64,000 nt of DNA from Ruditapes philippinarum (lineage: Eukaryota). The position numbers and the translations under genes were made by a program. Location of the stretch: positions 1-64,000 of the forward strand of contig NW_026865921.1 of assembly GCF_026571515.1 (NCBI RefSeq), read 5' to 3'. The number at the start of each line of letters is the position of its first letter. Position 1 is the stretch's first letter. Under the pieces are notes generated by a model. The model was given only the letters and a program-made list of their open reading frames with translations. It was not told the DNA's origin and made no database searches. Positions 51,401 through 63,956 of this stretch are shown here, piece by piece.

Positions 51401-53402
51401 ATGATATTACATACAGGTAAATTTTAGCATTAATTTCAAAATTTTGCCAGTTTTTCAATCAAGTGCCTTTTATTGTTTAAAGAGAGACACAGGCAAAATT
51501 TTCAATTCTTCGTTTTAAATTTTTCATTCATTATTATGTAAAGGGCCCTCTAAAAAAATAAAACAGGCACCCTCAAAAAAAAAATTTTTCCTCCTTTAAA
51601 GAAAAAAGGGTTTTTTTCCCCTTTAACTTAGCCGCGTGGGTCGGGTTTAGAGTTTTACGATTTCACAAAAATTTCACAGTGAACTCGGAAACTTTAAACA
51701 AAAAAATTGTAAAAGGGAATGACTTAGATTTGTTTAAATCGTACTAAAACCCAAAATTCTTTTTTTTTTGTAATTCGAAACTTTTTTCAAGTTTTTAAAT
51801 GACTTTTTAAAACTACTTGGTATTCTGTTGGCCCTTTTGCCCCAGCGTCTAGATTTCGTTCAATATAACATGTATAAATAGATATATTTACGCTTCAAAT
51901 CCAAAATATATAGAATCTATACATCAATTCATGCTGGGACTTTAGAAAATGTCATTTTAAGCGTGATTTGAGTATATATTTCATTTTGATACTTTTGTAT
52001 CCCTTTAAAGCAGCACACCTTCAGGTTCATGCTAATTTTCATGACAAATTTGAAAATGTATTTAAAAAATAAAATATTGTGAAGTGAACAACATTTGGCA
52101 AATGGAACAACATGTTTAATACAAGTAAAATGTCAAAATATGCAAAAATAGCACTTACTGTATTAGTCATGCAGTAGAAATATTGTAATAAATACTGCAT
52201 AATCAGCCATCCATGGCTTTAACATGTAAATCATTTCTTGAATTGTGAATATTTTTCTTTAATTGCGAATATTTTTATACTTTTCTTAAAATCCTAGTTC
52301 ATTTTTCACAAAGTTGATGTTTTGCTTGAAAAAACTTTTTTTTGCTCATGTGGAGGCATGCAGCTTTAATGGTAAAACTATTGCCCTATGTGAAGCACAA
52401 AAGAGCAATGCAGTCATTTTTATGGAACCAGTTTATTGTAATTTACAGCAGCGGTATATTACATATATTTTAGTGACAAGACTTTGGAAAAACAGAGACA
52501 AATAAAATTACAAAGTGAAAGTGAAGAAAGAAAGAAGAGATTGACAAGACCGCCAAAGTCGGCGGCATGGTCAGATAAAAAAGACTATAAGGAAAGAAAA
52601 ATGAAAAGAAAGGAGATAAAAGAAAGGAAAAAGGAGAAAAGAAAAATTGAGCTCACCGAAGAAGACATAGATGATTTAGAAGATGATTTTAGAATGGTGA
52701 AAAAGTTAAAGAATAATAAGGTATGTGGTATGAAAATTAAAATGTACAGGCTTTCCAATAGTCACACCTACTTAAAGACAAATTGTGCCTCGGATATTAA
52801 TATGTAAAAATGTTCATATCTTAAGTAATGTTTTGACAATGGATTTCAAGAATGCTTATCTTGTTAGGCTAAATGTCTTGACTTGCATTCAAAGTACTAA
52901 ATCACTATGTACTAATTGCCGAAGCACAGAGAAGCAAAATATGCTTAACTTTGTGGTTAATGAGTTACTGATTGGAAACTTTTAACAGGCCACCAACAAT
53001 CAAAAGCTTTTGAAAAATTATAATGATATTAAAAAAACATATTTGAGACATAATGGGCCTTTAAAGCACATCTTTAACACTATAGGTCTTTTTCTTAAAA
53101 TCATTTGTGATATTACCAGTGCTTTTATTTTAAAACATTGTTTTTGAAATAATCAAAATGACCAAATAATAGGACCACCTACCTTGATTTTTCTAAGATA
53201 ACTTGCACACAATTTGCACAATTAACATGGAGTAGTGTGAATGTTATTACTCTATGTCTGGCTTAAAGTGAATATACAGCGTAATTCATTTGAAGCATTT
53301 AAGATTTTAAAATACATGTAACGTGTTTCTCTTTTTATATTGCAGATTTCACAAGAAGAGTTTGATAAAGAATTTGAGGTTGACAGTGACCCAGAATTAT
53401 GA
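33403..53402 (+). CDS. DDX55: ATP-dependent RNA helicase DDX55 (Spb4 ortholog), 585 aa; exons 33403-33787, 39696-39911, 40517-40797, 43883-44058, 45421-45575, 51176-51416, 52474-52720, 53346-53402
   Basis: Q motif [56 protein letters not shown]55-type extension [14 protein letters not shown] and K/R-rich tail. All introns GT-AG, phases consistent, 1758 nt. AATAAA at 53485. Confidence 0.96.
34794..38368 (+). pseudogene. piggyBac transposase (PGBD4-like), disrupted; exon 1 34794-35025, exon 2 from 35366, split by an insert at ~35780-37228; clean frame 37229-38368
   Basis: Motifs [23 protein letters not shown]; catalytic [18 protein letters not shown]; KWWKKLFFH; C-terminal Cys-rich domain CVAC..CEKC..LCIPDCF..H. 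Stops at 35545 and ~35663 plus frameshifts. Confidence 0.92.
35780..37228 (+). mobile_element. Helentron-associated non-autonomous element (HINE/DINE-like) with ~6 x 161-bp units
   Basis: 5' TTTATGCCCCCGC..GGGGCAT, (TCCGTCMT)n microsatellite, tandem array, 3' GCGGGGGCAT plus stem-loop and CTAGT. Inserted in a T run with no TSD. Confidence 0.88.
39088..39365 (+). mobile_element. Degenerate tRNA-derived SINE
   Basis: CTCAATAGGTAGAG A-box region and GGTTCGATTCC B box. Confidence 0.6.
41170..43868. repeat. 60-bp tandem array, ~44 units, in DDX55 intron 3
   Basis: Unit GGTGTATCTGACTTCAGTGAAYGCTATATTCTATATCCTCTCAAATGATACAGTTACCMA. Homogeneous centre, degenerate edges. Confidence 0.97.
44084..44269. 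mobile_element. MITE family A, degenerate, TSD ATAT
   Basis: Begins 25 bp after the DDX55 exon 4 donor. ATAT on both sides. Confidence 0.85.
44551..44722. mobile_element. Family B hairpin terminus
   Basis: Near reverse complement of 17453-17625; ends AATATCCTCTA. Confidence 0.75.
45947..48872 (+). mobile_element. Helentron-associated element (outer) with ~160-bp units
   Basis: Subterminal IRs TAGCTCGACTA / TAGTCGAGCT, (GCGTCC)n, 3' stem-loop GCTGTC..GACAGC then TCTTGTT. Confidence 0.85.
46211..48116 (+). mobile_element. Helentron-associated element (inner) with ~10 x 166-bp units
   Basis: 5' TTTTTAGCTCACCT..AGGTGAGCT, (CGTC)n, 166-bp array 46440-48060, 3' CAGGTGAGC plus AGGGCCATCATGGCCCT and CTTGTT. 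Sits in a T run of the outer element. Confidence 0.9.
48871..50121 (+). mobile_element. Third Helentron-associated element, carrying a TIR insert at ~49010-49729
   Basis: 5' TTTATGCTCC, 3' GGAGCATAA plus CCCGGTTCAAACCGGG and CTCTTGTT. Insert bounded by TCAGCGATTTTTTTCCT / AGGAAAAAAATTGCTGA. Confidence 0.75.
52009..52365. mobile_element. TTAA-flanked Kolobok-like MITE
   Basis: TTAA|AGCAGCACACCTTCA ... TGGAGGCATGCAGCT|TTAA. Same family as 15676-15961. Confidence 0.72.
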
Positions 53403-54269
53403 CACCGAAACGCTCTGTAGGCCACTTATACATGTAAATTATCACGAACATTGAAAATTGTTGTTATGAATGATATTTTTTTCAAATAAACAACCAACTT
53501 ATGATCAAAGCCTTTTGTTTTTGTTCACCTTTTGATTGTATTCAAATAACTACTTTGTGCACATTTGGTGCAAATTTATATGAAATCGTTTTCATTGATG
53601 GGACCTGACACATCTCTGAGGAATTTAAAAAACTTTAACTTTCAATATTATTGTCAACAAAAATTGATTTATTTTACTGTAAAATTGAAAATAACTGTAA
53701 GAAAATCAAATATGTTTAAGATTTCGCCTTAACACATGACATATTCCAAAGCAGTTATGATCTATGGAACCAATATTGTTAGGATGTATGTAACGCTAAT
53801 AATGTAATGATGTATGGAACGCCATTGATGCTTCATTACACTAGTATGGATAAATTGACTATCGTCTTGTACACCAATCGTTATTGCATTACGTTATTTG
53901 TACCAACAATTTAATAAGGCACATTTTGTGAATGGTAAAATGAGGCTTCAGAGGCGTTTCATAAAGGAAGTAAAATTCAAATCATCGCCATAGCGCATGA
54001 CACAAGCTTAATAAGTAAGAGACTGTATGAAAATCAACCAATAGAAAAACTGCTGTGAAGAAACTGGATATTTAAACGATTTTGCTTTCGATTGAAAATA
54101 CAATAAATAGAGATTATGAAATTTTTATCGACCTGTTAGTATTTATTAAATGAATAGACGTAATATAGCCAAAACTATTAAATTATATCCATTTTAGATA
54201 CCGTTTTCAACTCAAAGCTCGAGTACCTTTTAAAAAAAAAGTCTGAATGATTTGTGCATTTCCCATTTT

Positions 54270-57200
54270 GTATTCGAGACAAGATTATTTAAATGTTATA
54301 GTTTGGATCATTGAAAAAAAAGAATGATTTTTTATCATGATTCATATTTGATAAATTTTAATTCTTAACAATAGAGTCAGACTGAAGTATTACCAGTTTA
54401 TTGCAAGTGATAAAATTAATTTATCAGATATAAAATTACATTATTGTAGACTGAGAAAATTAGTAAGGGCATATCATAATGTTCTGTTCAAAAAGAATTC
54501 GAATGTTATCTGGGCATGACATTGTTCGCAGACGACAGTGTTCACAGACGCGTTTCTATTGTCAAAGTAAATTTTGTTGAATTTTCAGCTGTATGGAAAG
54601 ATAACTTGATTAAAACCACAATAAAACGGTTTGGCAGATATTGTAAGTTCTGTATAACAAATGCGTGTGCATCGTAATAGAGAATAAATTGAAGTTGTAA
54701 CCTGGGAAGTTTGAATGAAAGAAAATGGCATTCATGATAATAACGAGTGTTTTATTTTATAGTGTAACAATGACAATTTGCATAAATTTATATTACCTCA
54801 TGTAATGTGACGTCATAAATTAATATAGCATTTGAATTAACTTTACATTTGATTTCTTATGTTTTTTGTTTTTGTTTTTTTTTCTCTCTCAAACAAAACG
54901 TCATTTGATATTACAGACGGAAGTTGATTCTTAATTGGTTTCATATATTATTTATTCATTTATTTGGAAAAAATGCACTCTGGTTGTATCTCTGGAATTG
55001 AACAAGCCTCTCTCTAGTCATTTTAATAAATCTATCGTCTGCTTGCGATGACTGAGATCAGCCGGTGCATTCATACCGTCTGATCACGAACTGCACTGAT
55101 CGCTATTTACATATTCAGTACATATTCTAAAGATTATTCTCAAAATTGATAAGTGGTTTTGTCCCGTGTGAAAGTTAGACAAGTCCAGTAAAGATATTTA
55201 GCGTGGTAAGAAGTTAGAAGGTAAAGAATATGACGATGAAATATTCTATGTTAGTATTCTAATTACAAAATCAACTAAATTACTGTAGTTTGGGCTGAGT
55301 AAGAATTAAAATGCTTAAAAACAAGTGACTCATCATGTCATAGTTGATAAGATTTGAATTAGCTTAAACATTAATTTAATTGAAATAGACACAAATCAGA
55401 ACTTGTTCCTATTCACCATCGTATTATATTCTATTTCTTTTCATCAGGGATTTGGATTATTGAATACATTACCTGCAATTTGCAGACGACAATGTTGTGC
55501 AGACGACAATAGGTCCACAGGCAAACTACGATGTGAATTATGTTCAATTGTAGAGTTAAGTAGATAGCGAAAGGATACAAAAAAATTGACACAACAGTTT
55601 TGAATATACATGTGTATTGGTAACCGTTTGCCTGCTTGTGGAGATTGAATCTAACCTTGCGAACATAACGTATGCTCTTATTCGTTCTGCTGTTCAGTCA
55701 GCTCATATTTTAATGATACTGGTTACGTCCAGATTAAAGGGTGGACAAGTCCTTTTTACATATCTAGCAAGCGTGGCTACCTGTCATTACGGAATTGCAA
55801 GATGTGTGTAAATAAAATGACATCTTGAGAGTAATTTCAGTATTTAGGGAATCGCAGTATCTCAGGAAAACGACACAATGTGATAATGAGTACATTTGTT
55901 TTACAATGTGAAAATCTAAGATTTATTCCGCGTTAAATTGACTTTTTCCCTATGATTCGACATGTAATGCGGAAGTTGATTCATTTAATATATCGCGAAA
56001 TTTTGCAAATATCAAGTCATTGAGTTTCCAGCAATTAGATAGTCGGATATTATTGATACTTTGTTAAATTGAGCTCAATAGGCGACACATTCGTTATCAT
56101 TTATATTTCTTGAGGAACATACAGTTTTTGCATCCACAAAATTCAAGAGCAATGCTGAAAATTTGCACATGTGTAGCTGAAGTGTAAAGATGTAACTTGG
56201 TGTACTGTTTCTGATATTAAAAGACCTTTGTCACCGACCAGTCGGCATTGCCTAGTTAACTTTACTCTTATCTGGCTGAGTTTGTGTGAAGGATTTTCTC
56301 TTCCGTCCTTGGTTGCAATATTTAAATGAACAAATTGAGTTTCCAACAGTATGGAGTCAGACTTCAGGGATATACTGCAAAAACTGGTCATTTGCGGTTC
56401 TAGCAGTTTATGGGTTAATAACCTACTTTAATAGAGTACATATTGTTTTTCAAATGAGTTATTAAATTAAGTCTTCTTAGTCATAGGGGTAACCAAATTG
56501 AAAAACAAAAAGACAAAAAACAAAACAAAAACATTTATGTAAACATGATCATGAAATCAAATTACAGTGTAAATTATCTTTGAAACAAATTTCAAGTTTC
56601 AAATTAAAAGTGAATTTGCATTCAGCGGAAAAATTGGGTTTGACAATTTATAATACATGTACTTGTTTATCAATATATCAAAGACAACACAATGATATAA
56701 ATAAATACTAATAACAAAGAAATGTACTAATTATCACGAATTGAATTTATGAATGATTTGTTCTAATAGATAAAGCATTCGTAATTAATATTACACGATT
56801 AAATATGGTTTTTCAATTCTTTGAAGACATTAATTTAGAAAAAAAGTTGTACAGTTGGCCACCAGCATTGACCTGGATATTTGGATATAATATAATGAAC
56901 AACAATTAACTAGATTCTTGTATTTCGATCCTTGTCAAACTTGTATCCAAGTTGATGATTTAAATGAGACCAAGTCTTTAACAGAATTTGAAGAATCGTC
57001 AAAGTAATGGCAACTTAAATAAAAAACTGTTGCACTTTTTATACACAATAGTGTTCTTCAATGTCTTTCTTGTCTCATCGTAATAAGGTGCCTGAGTATA
57101 TTGTCGTCTACATTTCTCAGAATGATAAATCCGATTAGATAAAACAATTTTAGCTTGAGGTTAAAACTCGTTGCATTGAGGAAGGAGAACTTGCATGGTT

Positions 57201-60200
57201 ATGCTCATCAATGTAAAATCATTTGTAGGACAATTTCTGTTTGATGTAAATTGTATGTCTTGTTTTCAACATAACTTTAAGCTATTTTCGGTGGGAGACA
57301 AATGACTATTAGACAAATTATTTGCTTGTCTAATTATGTTTTCAATTTTGAAAATCCTGGTTATGGCGGGCGTTTACGCGGGCGTCAAACATGTGTTTTC
57401 CGGTCGATAACTAGAGTTAGAAATAAGATATTGTGATCAAACTTGGAATGAAATTGCTTTTGCTTTTGGTCTTGTTGAAAACCTTGTTTCAATGCATTGT
57501 CATGTTTCTTGTTAAAACCCTGCAATACCATTGCTTACAATAAATTGGACAAGGCGTTATTTCTCCGTGACAACTGATCTCGGACAATGAATCTAATAGT
57601 CATTTTTGTCTCCCACACCTGGTTCAGAAATCATACTGGATTAGTAGTATGTCACTTGCGGAGAAATTGTTAATTACCTAGTTGTGCAGGGAATCGATTT
57701 TCTGAGATATGACCAAAATATGAGCCGCGTCATGACAAAACCAATGTAATGCGTTTGCGACCAGCATGGATCCAGACCAGCCTGCGCAGCCGCGCAGTCT
57801 GATCAGGATCCATGCTGTTCGCTTACAAACCCTATGACAAGTAGCTAGAAACCGATAGCGAACAACATGGATCCTGATCAGACTGCGCAGATGCGCAGGC
57901 TGGTCTGGATCCATGCTGGTCGCAAACGCACTATGTTGGTTTTGTCGTGACGCGGCTCATATGTGTTAATTTCGCGGTAGAAAACAACAGGAAAGCTAAC
58001 GAACAATCTGTGTCTTCCATTTTTGTAAATTTCTGGATTGCATTAAATATATTATTTTTTAATTAATGGCGCCAGTACATAAATACCAGTTACATTATCT
58101 GCAACTGTTTTAGGAAAGATTGTTTTATTCCCTTCACATTTTAGCTGACGATTCAGCGTAACAGTGTAAAGTAGACGGCCGCCAGGGGGTACATTGTTGT
58201 GAGCTCAATTATCCTATTGTTGACTACTGATTTCATTTGCTCTTTAAATTTACAGACATATATTTTAAATAGCAGAAGAAATATCTTTTGTTCGGTATCT
58301 TAACTCCAGTAAAATAATATAAAAATGTATAAAGCTGTAATACTCATACCAAAAATTGAAGTTTGCTTTGAAAAGACCAAAACTATTATGTTCTCATTTA
58401 ATATAGACATTATTTATAATATGCCAAGTATGGTTGCATGGATTTGGGGTTCCAATTATGTTACATTGACATAAATAGAAAACCTACAAAATCGGCTAGG
58501 TCCTGGGGTTCCTTTAGTAGGCAAACCAAAAAATTCATCCATTATTCAATAGGTATAATTGAACCTTTAACGTGCTGAATTTCTTAAACTGTTTTGTCCA
58601 GTTTCCATTTAGGGAACCGCCATTATCAATTTTGTGAAATCCACAAAGTTGAAAATTTTTTAGTCAACAGTATCTAACCTGATCAAACTGCAAGAATGTG
58701 CACTCTGGTCTTGCTCTTCACTGCAAAACCAGGCGCTTGGTCCCTTCAGAACCATTTTTAATTCCAAGGATATCTTTTGAAAAAATTCCTTGTACCAAAG
58801 ACAAGATTATTTTGTGATACGGGTAGTTTGAAAAAAAAAGAAACAATCTTTTTATCATCTATCTTTGATAAATATTGATTCATTTAGAACCAATCTTTTT
58901 TATCATTTGCATGTGATAAATATTGAATCAACTCGCACAATCTTATTAAATAGGAGCAGAGTAAATTATTGTCATTTTATTGACAGTGATGAAATTCAAT
59001 TAGGGTATTAATTTCTATTATTGTAAACTAAAAAAAATATTACAGAACATATCATCATGTTTGGTTAAAAAAATGAAATCGAATGTTTTCTGCAAACGGT
59101 ATTGTTGGCAGACGGCAGAGTATTCACATACGCGTATCTATTGTCAAAGTAAATTTTGTTGAATTTTCAGCTTAAATTTAATATATGGAAAATAAACTTT
59201 ATCAAAATCCATATAAAACGGTTTAGCGATACTGTTAGTTCTGTTTTGCAAATGCATTGTAACAAAGAATAAATTGAAGAATTTCTACATTGTAACCTTG
59301 GGAGTTTGAATGAAAGAAAATGGTATTAATGATTGAAACATGTTTTTATAGTGTTACAATTCGCATAAATCTACATAACCTCATGTAAAGTAACGTCATA
59401 AATTAATACTTTCTTCGCATTAACTTTACAATTGATTTGTTTTTCTCTCTCAAACTATAATTAAGTCATTTTGGTATAAAAGAAGAACTTTGATTTCTTA
59501 ACGATTTCATTTATTATTCAACCTTATGGTTTTTGAAGATATGCACTGTATCTTAGAAAGAGAACAATCCGCCAAACCCATGCCGTCTGATCAGGGTCTT
59601 CACAGTTCGCTATTTAGTCGGTACATATTTTGAAAATTTCCCTCAAAATTGATGACAGATATAGTTTAGCTTAAATTTCAATTGAAATCGAAATCTTTTG
59701 TAGACACAAATCAGAATTTGTTCCTATTCACTATCTCATTAAATTTTATTTCTTTTCATCAGGGATTTGGATTATTGAAAAGATTTAATTTGCAAACGAC
59801 AATATTGTACAGACGACAATAGGTCCACGGGCGAATGCCTAGTTTATACACTGACGTGCATTATGTTGAGTTATAAATTTTAGTACATAGCGAAAAAAAC
59901 AACAAATAAATTGGACACACCAGTTTTAAATATACACGTGCATTGGTAATGCTTTGCCTGCTTGCAGTGTTTTAATCTAATCGTGCAAACAGAGCAGATC
60001 AAGACCAGCCGACACATTCAAGTATGTCTATCCATGTATGTACTGTCTCCTATTCAGTCCGTATATATTTTACTTTTTCCCCTAATATGATACATGGTTC
60101 TGTCCGGACTAAAAGATGGGCAGGTCCATTCATGATATCTAGCGTGGCTACCGTTCAGTACGTTTTGCAAGATGAGTCAATAAAATGACATTGTGAGGGG

Positions 60201-61455
60201 ATGAAAAAATAAGAGAAAAACCGAAAATGTTAAAACATGATAATGATTACATTTCTTTTACTGTGTGTAAATGTAAGATTTATTCCGCGCGTCGAATTTA
60301 CTTTGTTTATGAATTGACACATAATAAGGGAGTAGATTCAAAGACAACGTTTATTAAATATTTCAGCCAATTTTGCTACCAGCAACAAAACGCCCGACTA
60401 GACTGCATTTACTGTTGACAAAGACTTGTCACATTCGGTGGTAGCATACTAAAGGCTTTTAGCAATATATAATAAGAATACTCTTTCAAAGGTCTAAAAC
60501 AAAATTAAAAAACATATATGTAAACCAATTACAATGTGAATTATTTCTCACAAGTTCAAAGTTCATTGACATTATTGGCATTCAGCAAAAACATTGGATT
60601 TGGTCATTTACAAAAACTACCATTTTTTTTTGTTTTTTCTTTTAAACATAAAACAAATTTAATGTACAATAAAATACCGACAGCAAAAAAAATTATAATA
60701 TATATAAAACGTACAGAAAATTTTATTCGTTTATTTAAAAGAAAAAAAGGTTAGACATACAATTAATTGGGAGGCCCAATTTTCGATAATTATATTCGCT
60801 TATATGTTATATTCGACAAATCACACACTTTTTACTGATTAAATTTTGGGTTCCAGTAAGTTATTGGCATTATGAAACAAAATAAGGAAAAAAGGCAGGT
60901 CAGGAACAGCTTTGAAGAATCGTCGGAGAAAATGTTTTACTTAACGCACCCTTTGATTAATACAAAAGTCTTTGCTTTTTAGAATAGCAAAACTGTGCGC
61001 CTCCTATTTATACTTTTCGGAAAAATACCGCTTTGGAGATTGAATGCCGCTTAAGCCGGTGCTAGAGGGCGTGAGAAATGTTGCACTTTTACATTTTTTC
61101 TCATGGACAGACTCAATCAAACCGAGTCTGCAATTTTATATATCATATACGTGTGTAATTTGGTTGTTTTCTTTACTTCCGAGGGATCACACTTTCCCAG
61201 ATTGTTTTTTTATTTGCATTGGCATTTAGTTTCCTGACTCGTCGTTATAAGGTGCCCGATTATATTGCTGTCTACATTTCTCAGAATGATAAATCCGATT
61301 AGATAAAGCAATTTTAGCTTCAGGTCAAAACTCTTTGCATTGAGGAAGAAGAAGAACTTGCATTGTTATGCTCATCATTGTAATATCAGTTTAAGAACAA
61401 TTTCTGATTTATCTTCATTGTATGTTGTGTTTTAATCATGATTTAAAGTTATTTT
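54270..61455. repeat. Old diverged tandem segmental duplication (~54270-57290 vs ~58800-61455), non-coding
   Basis: Colinear matching blocks 54501/59081, 55386/59701 and 57078/61243, with frame-breaking indels. Confidence 0.8.
57722..57958. mobile_element. MITE family A, full length, TSD ATAT
   Basis: GAGCC...GGCTC with ATAT on both sides. Confidence 0.92.
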
Positions 61456-61657
61456 CCAGTCCTATTTGTTTTATTAAACTCTAATGACAGACTGAATTGG
61501 TATACAAATTATAATGTTTTTCAGTTTTAGAAGTTGTATTCGCCGACGGAGGGTATTCTTATACTCTTTTGTTGAACAGTTTAATATACAGACCAGTTGG
61601 AATGACATTGTTTAAAAAAAAAATTGGCTTTGCCTGATTTTGAGTTCAAGGAAATTT

Positions 61658-61658
61658 C

Positions 61659-61711
<53 letters not shown>
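61658..61711. repeat. (CAA)~18 microsatellite
   Basis: Perfect trinucleotide run. Confidence 0.97.
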
Positions 61712-63346
61712 ATCAACAATAAAAACACACAACTAAAAAGCTGAATTACAAAGAGTTTAATGCCTGAATTATGACATTGACATTGTCCAAAGGGTAGTTT
61801 ATCTATTTAAACACAAATGGGGGCATATATGTGTAGTTCGTTTGTCAGTTTCTTTTTTTGTCGTTCATCCGTTATTTTCCAGTTTTCCCCCACAACTCCG
61901 GGCCCGGTACCCCTACACAAACTTTGAAACGTTGAAGTAAATTTTTAAATTTCCGCAAAGTTGAAATACTATTTTTGAGAAGGCAGGTTTAAAAAAAATA
62001 CACCCCTTTTTAAGTCTCAATTTCTTTTTTAATAGTCTTTTACATCGCAGCAGAATTTACTCCTCAATCAAAAAACGTATGTCTTAAGCGTTAAGCTCAA
62101 TGGATTAACAGTAACTATTTTTTTTTCAAATAAACGGCCAAAAATAGATAGTTTTCTTTTTATTCCTTTATATCAAAGGAAAAAGAAAATGTCTTAATTG
62201 CTACAGACTATTACATTTATTTACAATGTACACATGTTCTTTGTTCTCCCTTTTAAAAATGAAAACATTTTTGTCTTGTTTATATCGATATTACTTTCAG
62301 TACAAAAAGCTGAATAAAGCAGTTTTGCTTATCTGAACGTAAATAGCAATCTTTGTCCAACATTCTTACAGATAAGTTGATATTTCCATGAAAGCCAAAA
62401 AAGGAATATATTCTAATTACACAATTTGTACACCCACGCCGACTTAGAGCATTAAATTTACAGCTGGAATGAAAAAAAGAATATAAAAGGAAAACTTTTA
62501 AAAACTTTTTAAAACCTAAGATTTTTTGATAAAGTAGTGAACTTTTCCAACGCAATTTTTTTTACTTTTGTTGTGATTAATGCTTGCGAGGGATCACTTT
62601 GGTTCCAGATTTTTATAGTCAAACATGCCAGGAATAAACATGTTTCAGTTACGATAGAACCTGTTTATGGACAGCACAATTCAACATTTTTTTATATGAT
62701 AAAATATATCAAATAAATGGTATGAAGAAAGTATCAAATAATCGGAGTCTTGTCATTTCATTAATTACTTTTTGTATTTTCTGATCGTAAGATCAGTAAA
62801 TACATAGCTAACATCCACGGTCTAACACAAAATGTCCTAACAGTCCTAACAACGCAAAGTAGTTCTCACTCAAAACTGCTTAAAAACCAGCAATTTAAAA
62901 GAAATAATAATTTTTAATGTAGGCATTTAACGAATTACAGTGCATTAAAAGTTTAGATTAGTCAATAGAAATATGAGGTTACAATCACAAATTTCGCGGA
63001 TGAATATCTTTTTTACCCAATGAAAAATGTTCGGCTATTTCCGTAAAGCTTCGGATTATCATGAATATCATTTTAATCAATGAAAATGCTATTTTTAGCT
63101 ATGCCGATTACCGAATACTCCAGAGCGTAGTACACAAATAAATCTGACTGTCGATTAGTGTCCGTCTTTATTTGTCATCCAATGAAAACGCTGTATTTCT
63201 GTGCGTAAATGTTCATAGAAGAACAAAAGTCGATACTATATCGAATTCCGTCCATAGTCGACTTCTATTTTTCATAGTACTTCACAGAACCGCATAGTGA
63301 CGTAATAAAGCGAATGATAATGAGGCCAAATAAAGTTTGACACTAA

Positions 63347-63464
63347 ATATGTTAGTATTCATCCGTGCTATTCTACAGAAATTAGAAACATTCGTCTCCT
63401 GTCGCTATCGCTCCCGTCGAAATTTCTAATTTCTGTAGAACAGCACGGATGAACACTAACATAT
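63347..63464. repeat. Inverted repeat, 42-bp arms (probable hairpin terminus of a non-autonomous element)
   Basis: ATATGTTAGTATTCATCCGTGCTATTCTACAGAAATTAGAAA and its reverse complement, with 2 mismatches. Confidence 0.85.
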
Positions 63465-63956
63465 ACGTACTGGAATATATACATGTCGGACTGTTTTGGC
63501 GAGAAGATTTTCGATAAATTATTTTCATCAGTGTTAAACAACACGTTTATCGTGAACAAAATACCTCGAAATTAATAAGGATTACAAACACGAAATGGAA
63601 ATTCTCAATTTAGAATTACATAATGTATTCGTTTTTATTCAAGGTTCATATGTATAACTTCGCCGTGGTGCAGAGGTAAGCGGTCTCGTTGAGGGTGTGA
63701 GAGTCCTATGGTTCAAATCCTAGTCGAGGCAATTCTATTTTTTTTCATGCAAAATTCCATATGTAAATCTCAAACTGTTATAGAAGAAAATCAAAACGCT
63801 GTCGCTGCGTAAGATGAATTATAGTATATAAAAATAAACTTATACAGGAAAGTACATACAGATAGTCAGTATGATTTAGATTACAAAGATCAGAAAATAC
63901 CATAGAGCTGCAGCCCTTTGATTTATGAATGGAAATGTTGACAAGCCAAGCCAAAG

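Noticed and set aside
52836-53000. Possible H/ACA snoRNA in the last DDX55 intron
   Set aside because: Short stems are visible, but the H and ACA boxes are not correctly placed.
57040-57215. Possible small coding exon in the duplicated block
   Set aside because: No start or splice context shared by both copies, and no recognisable protein.
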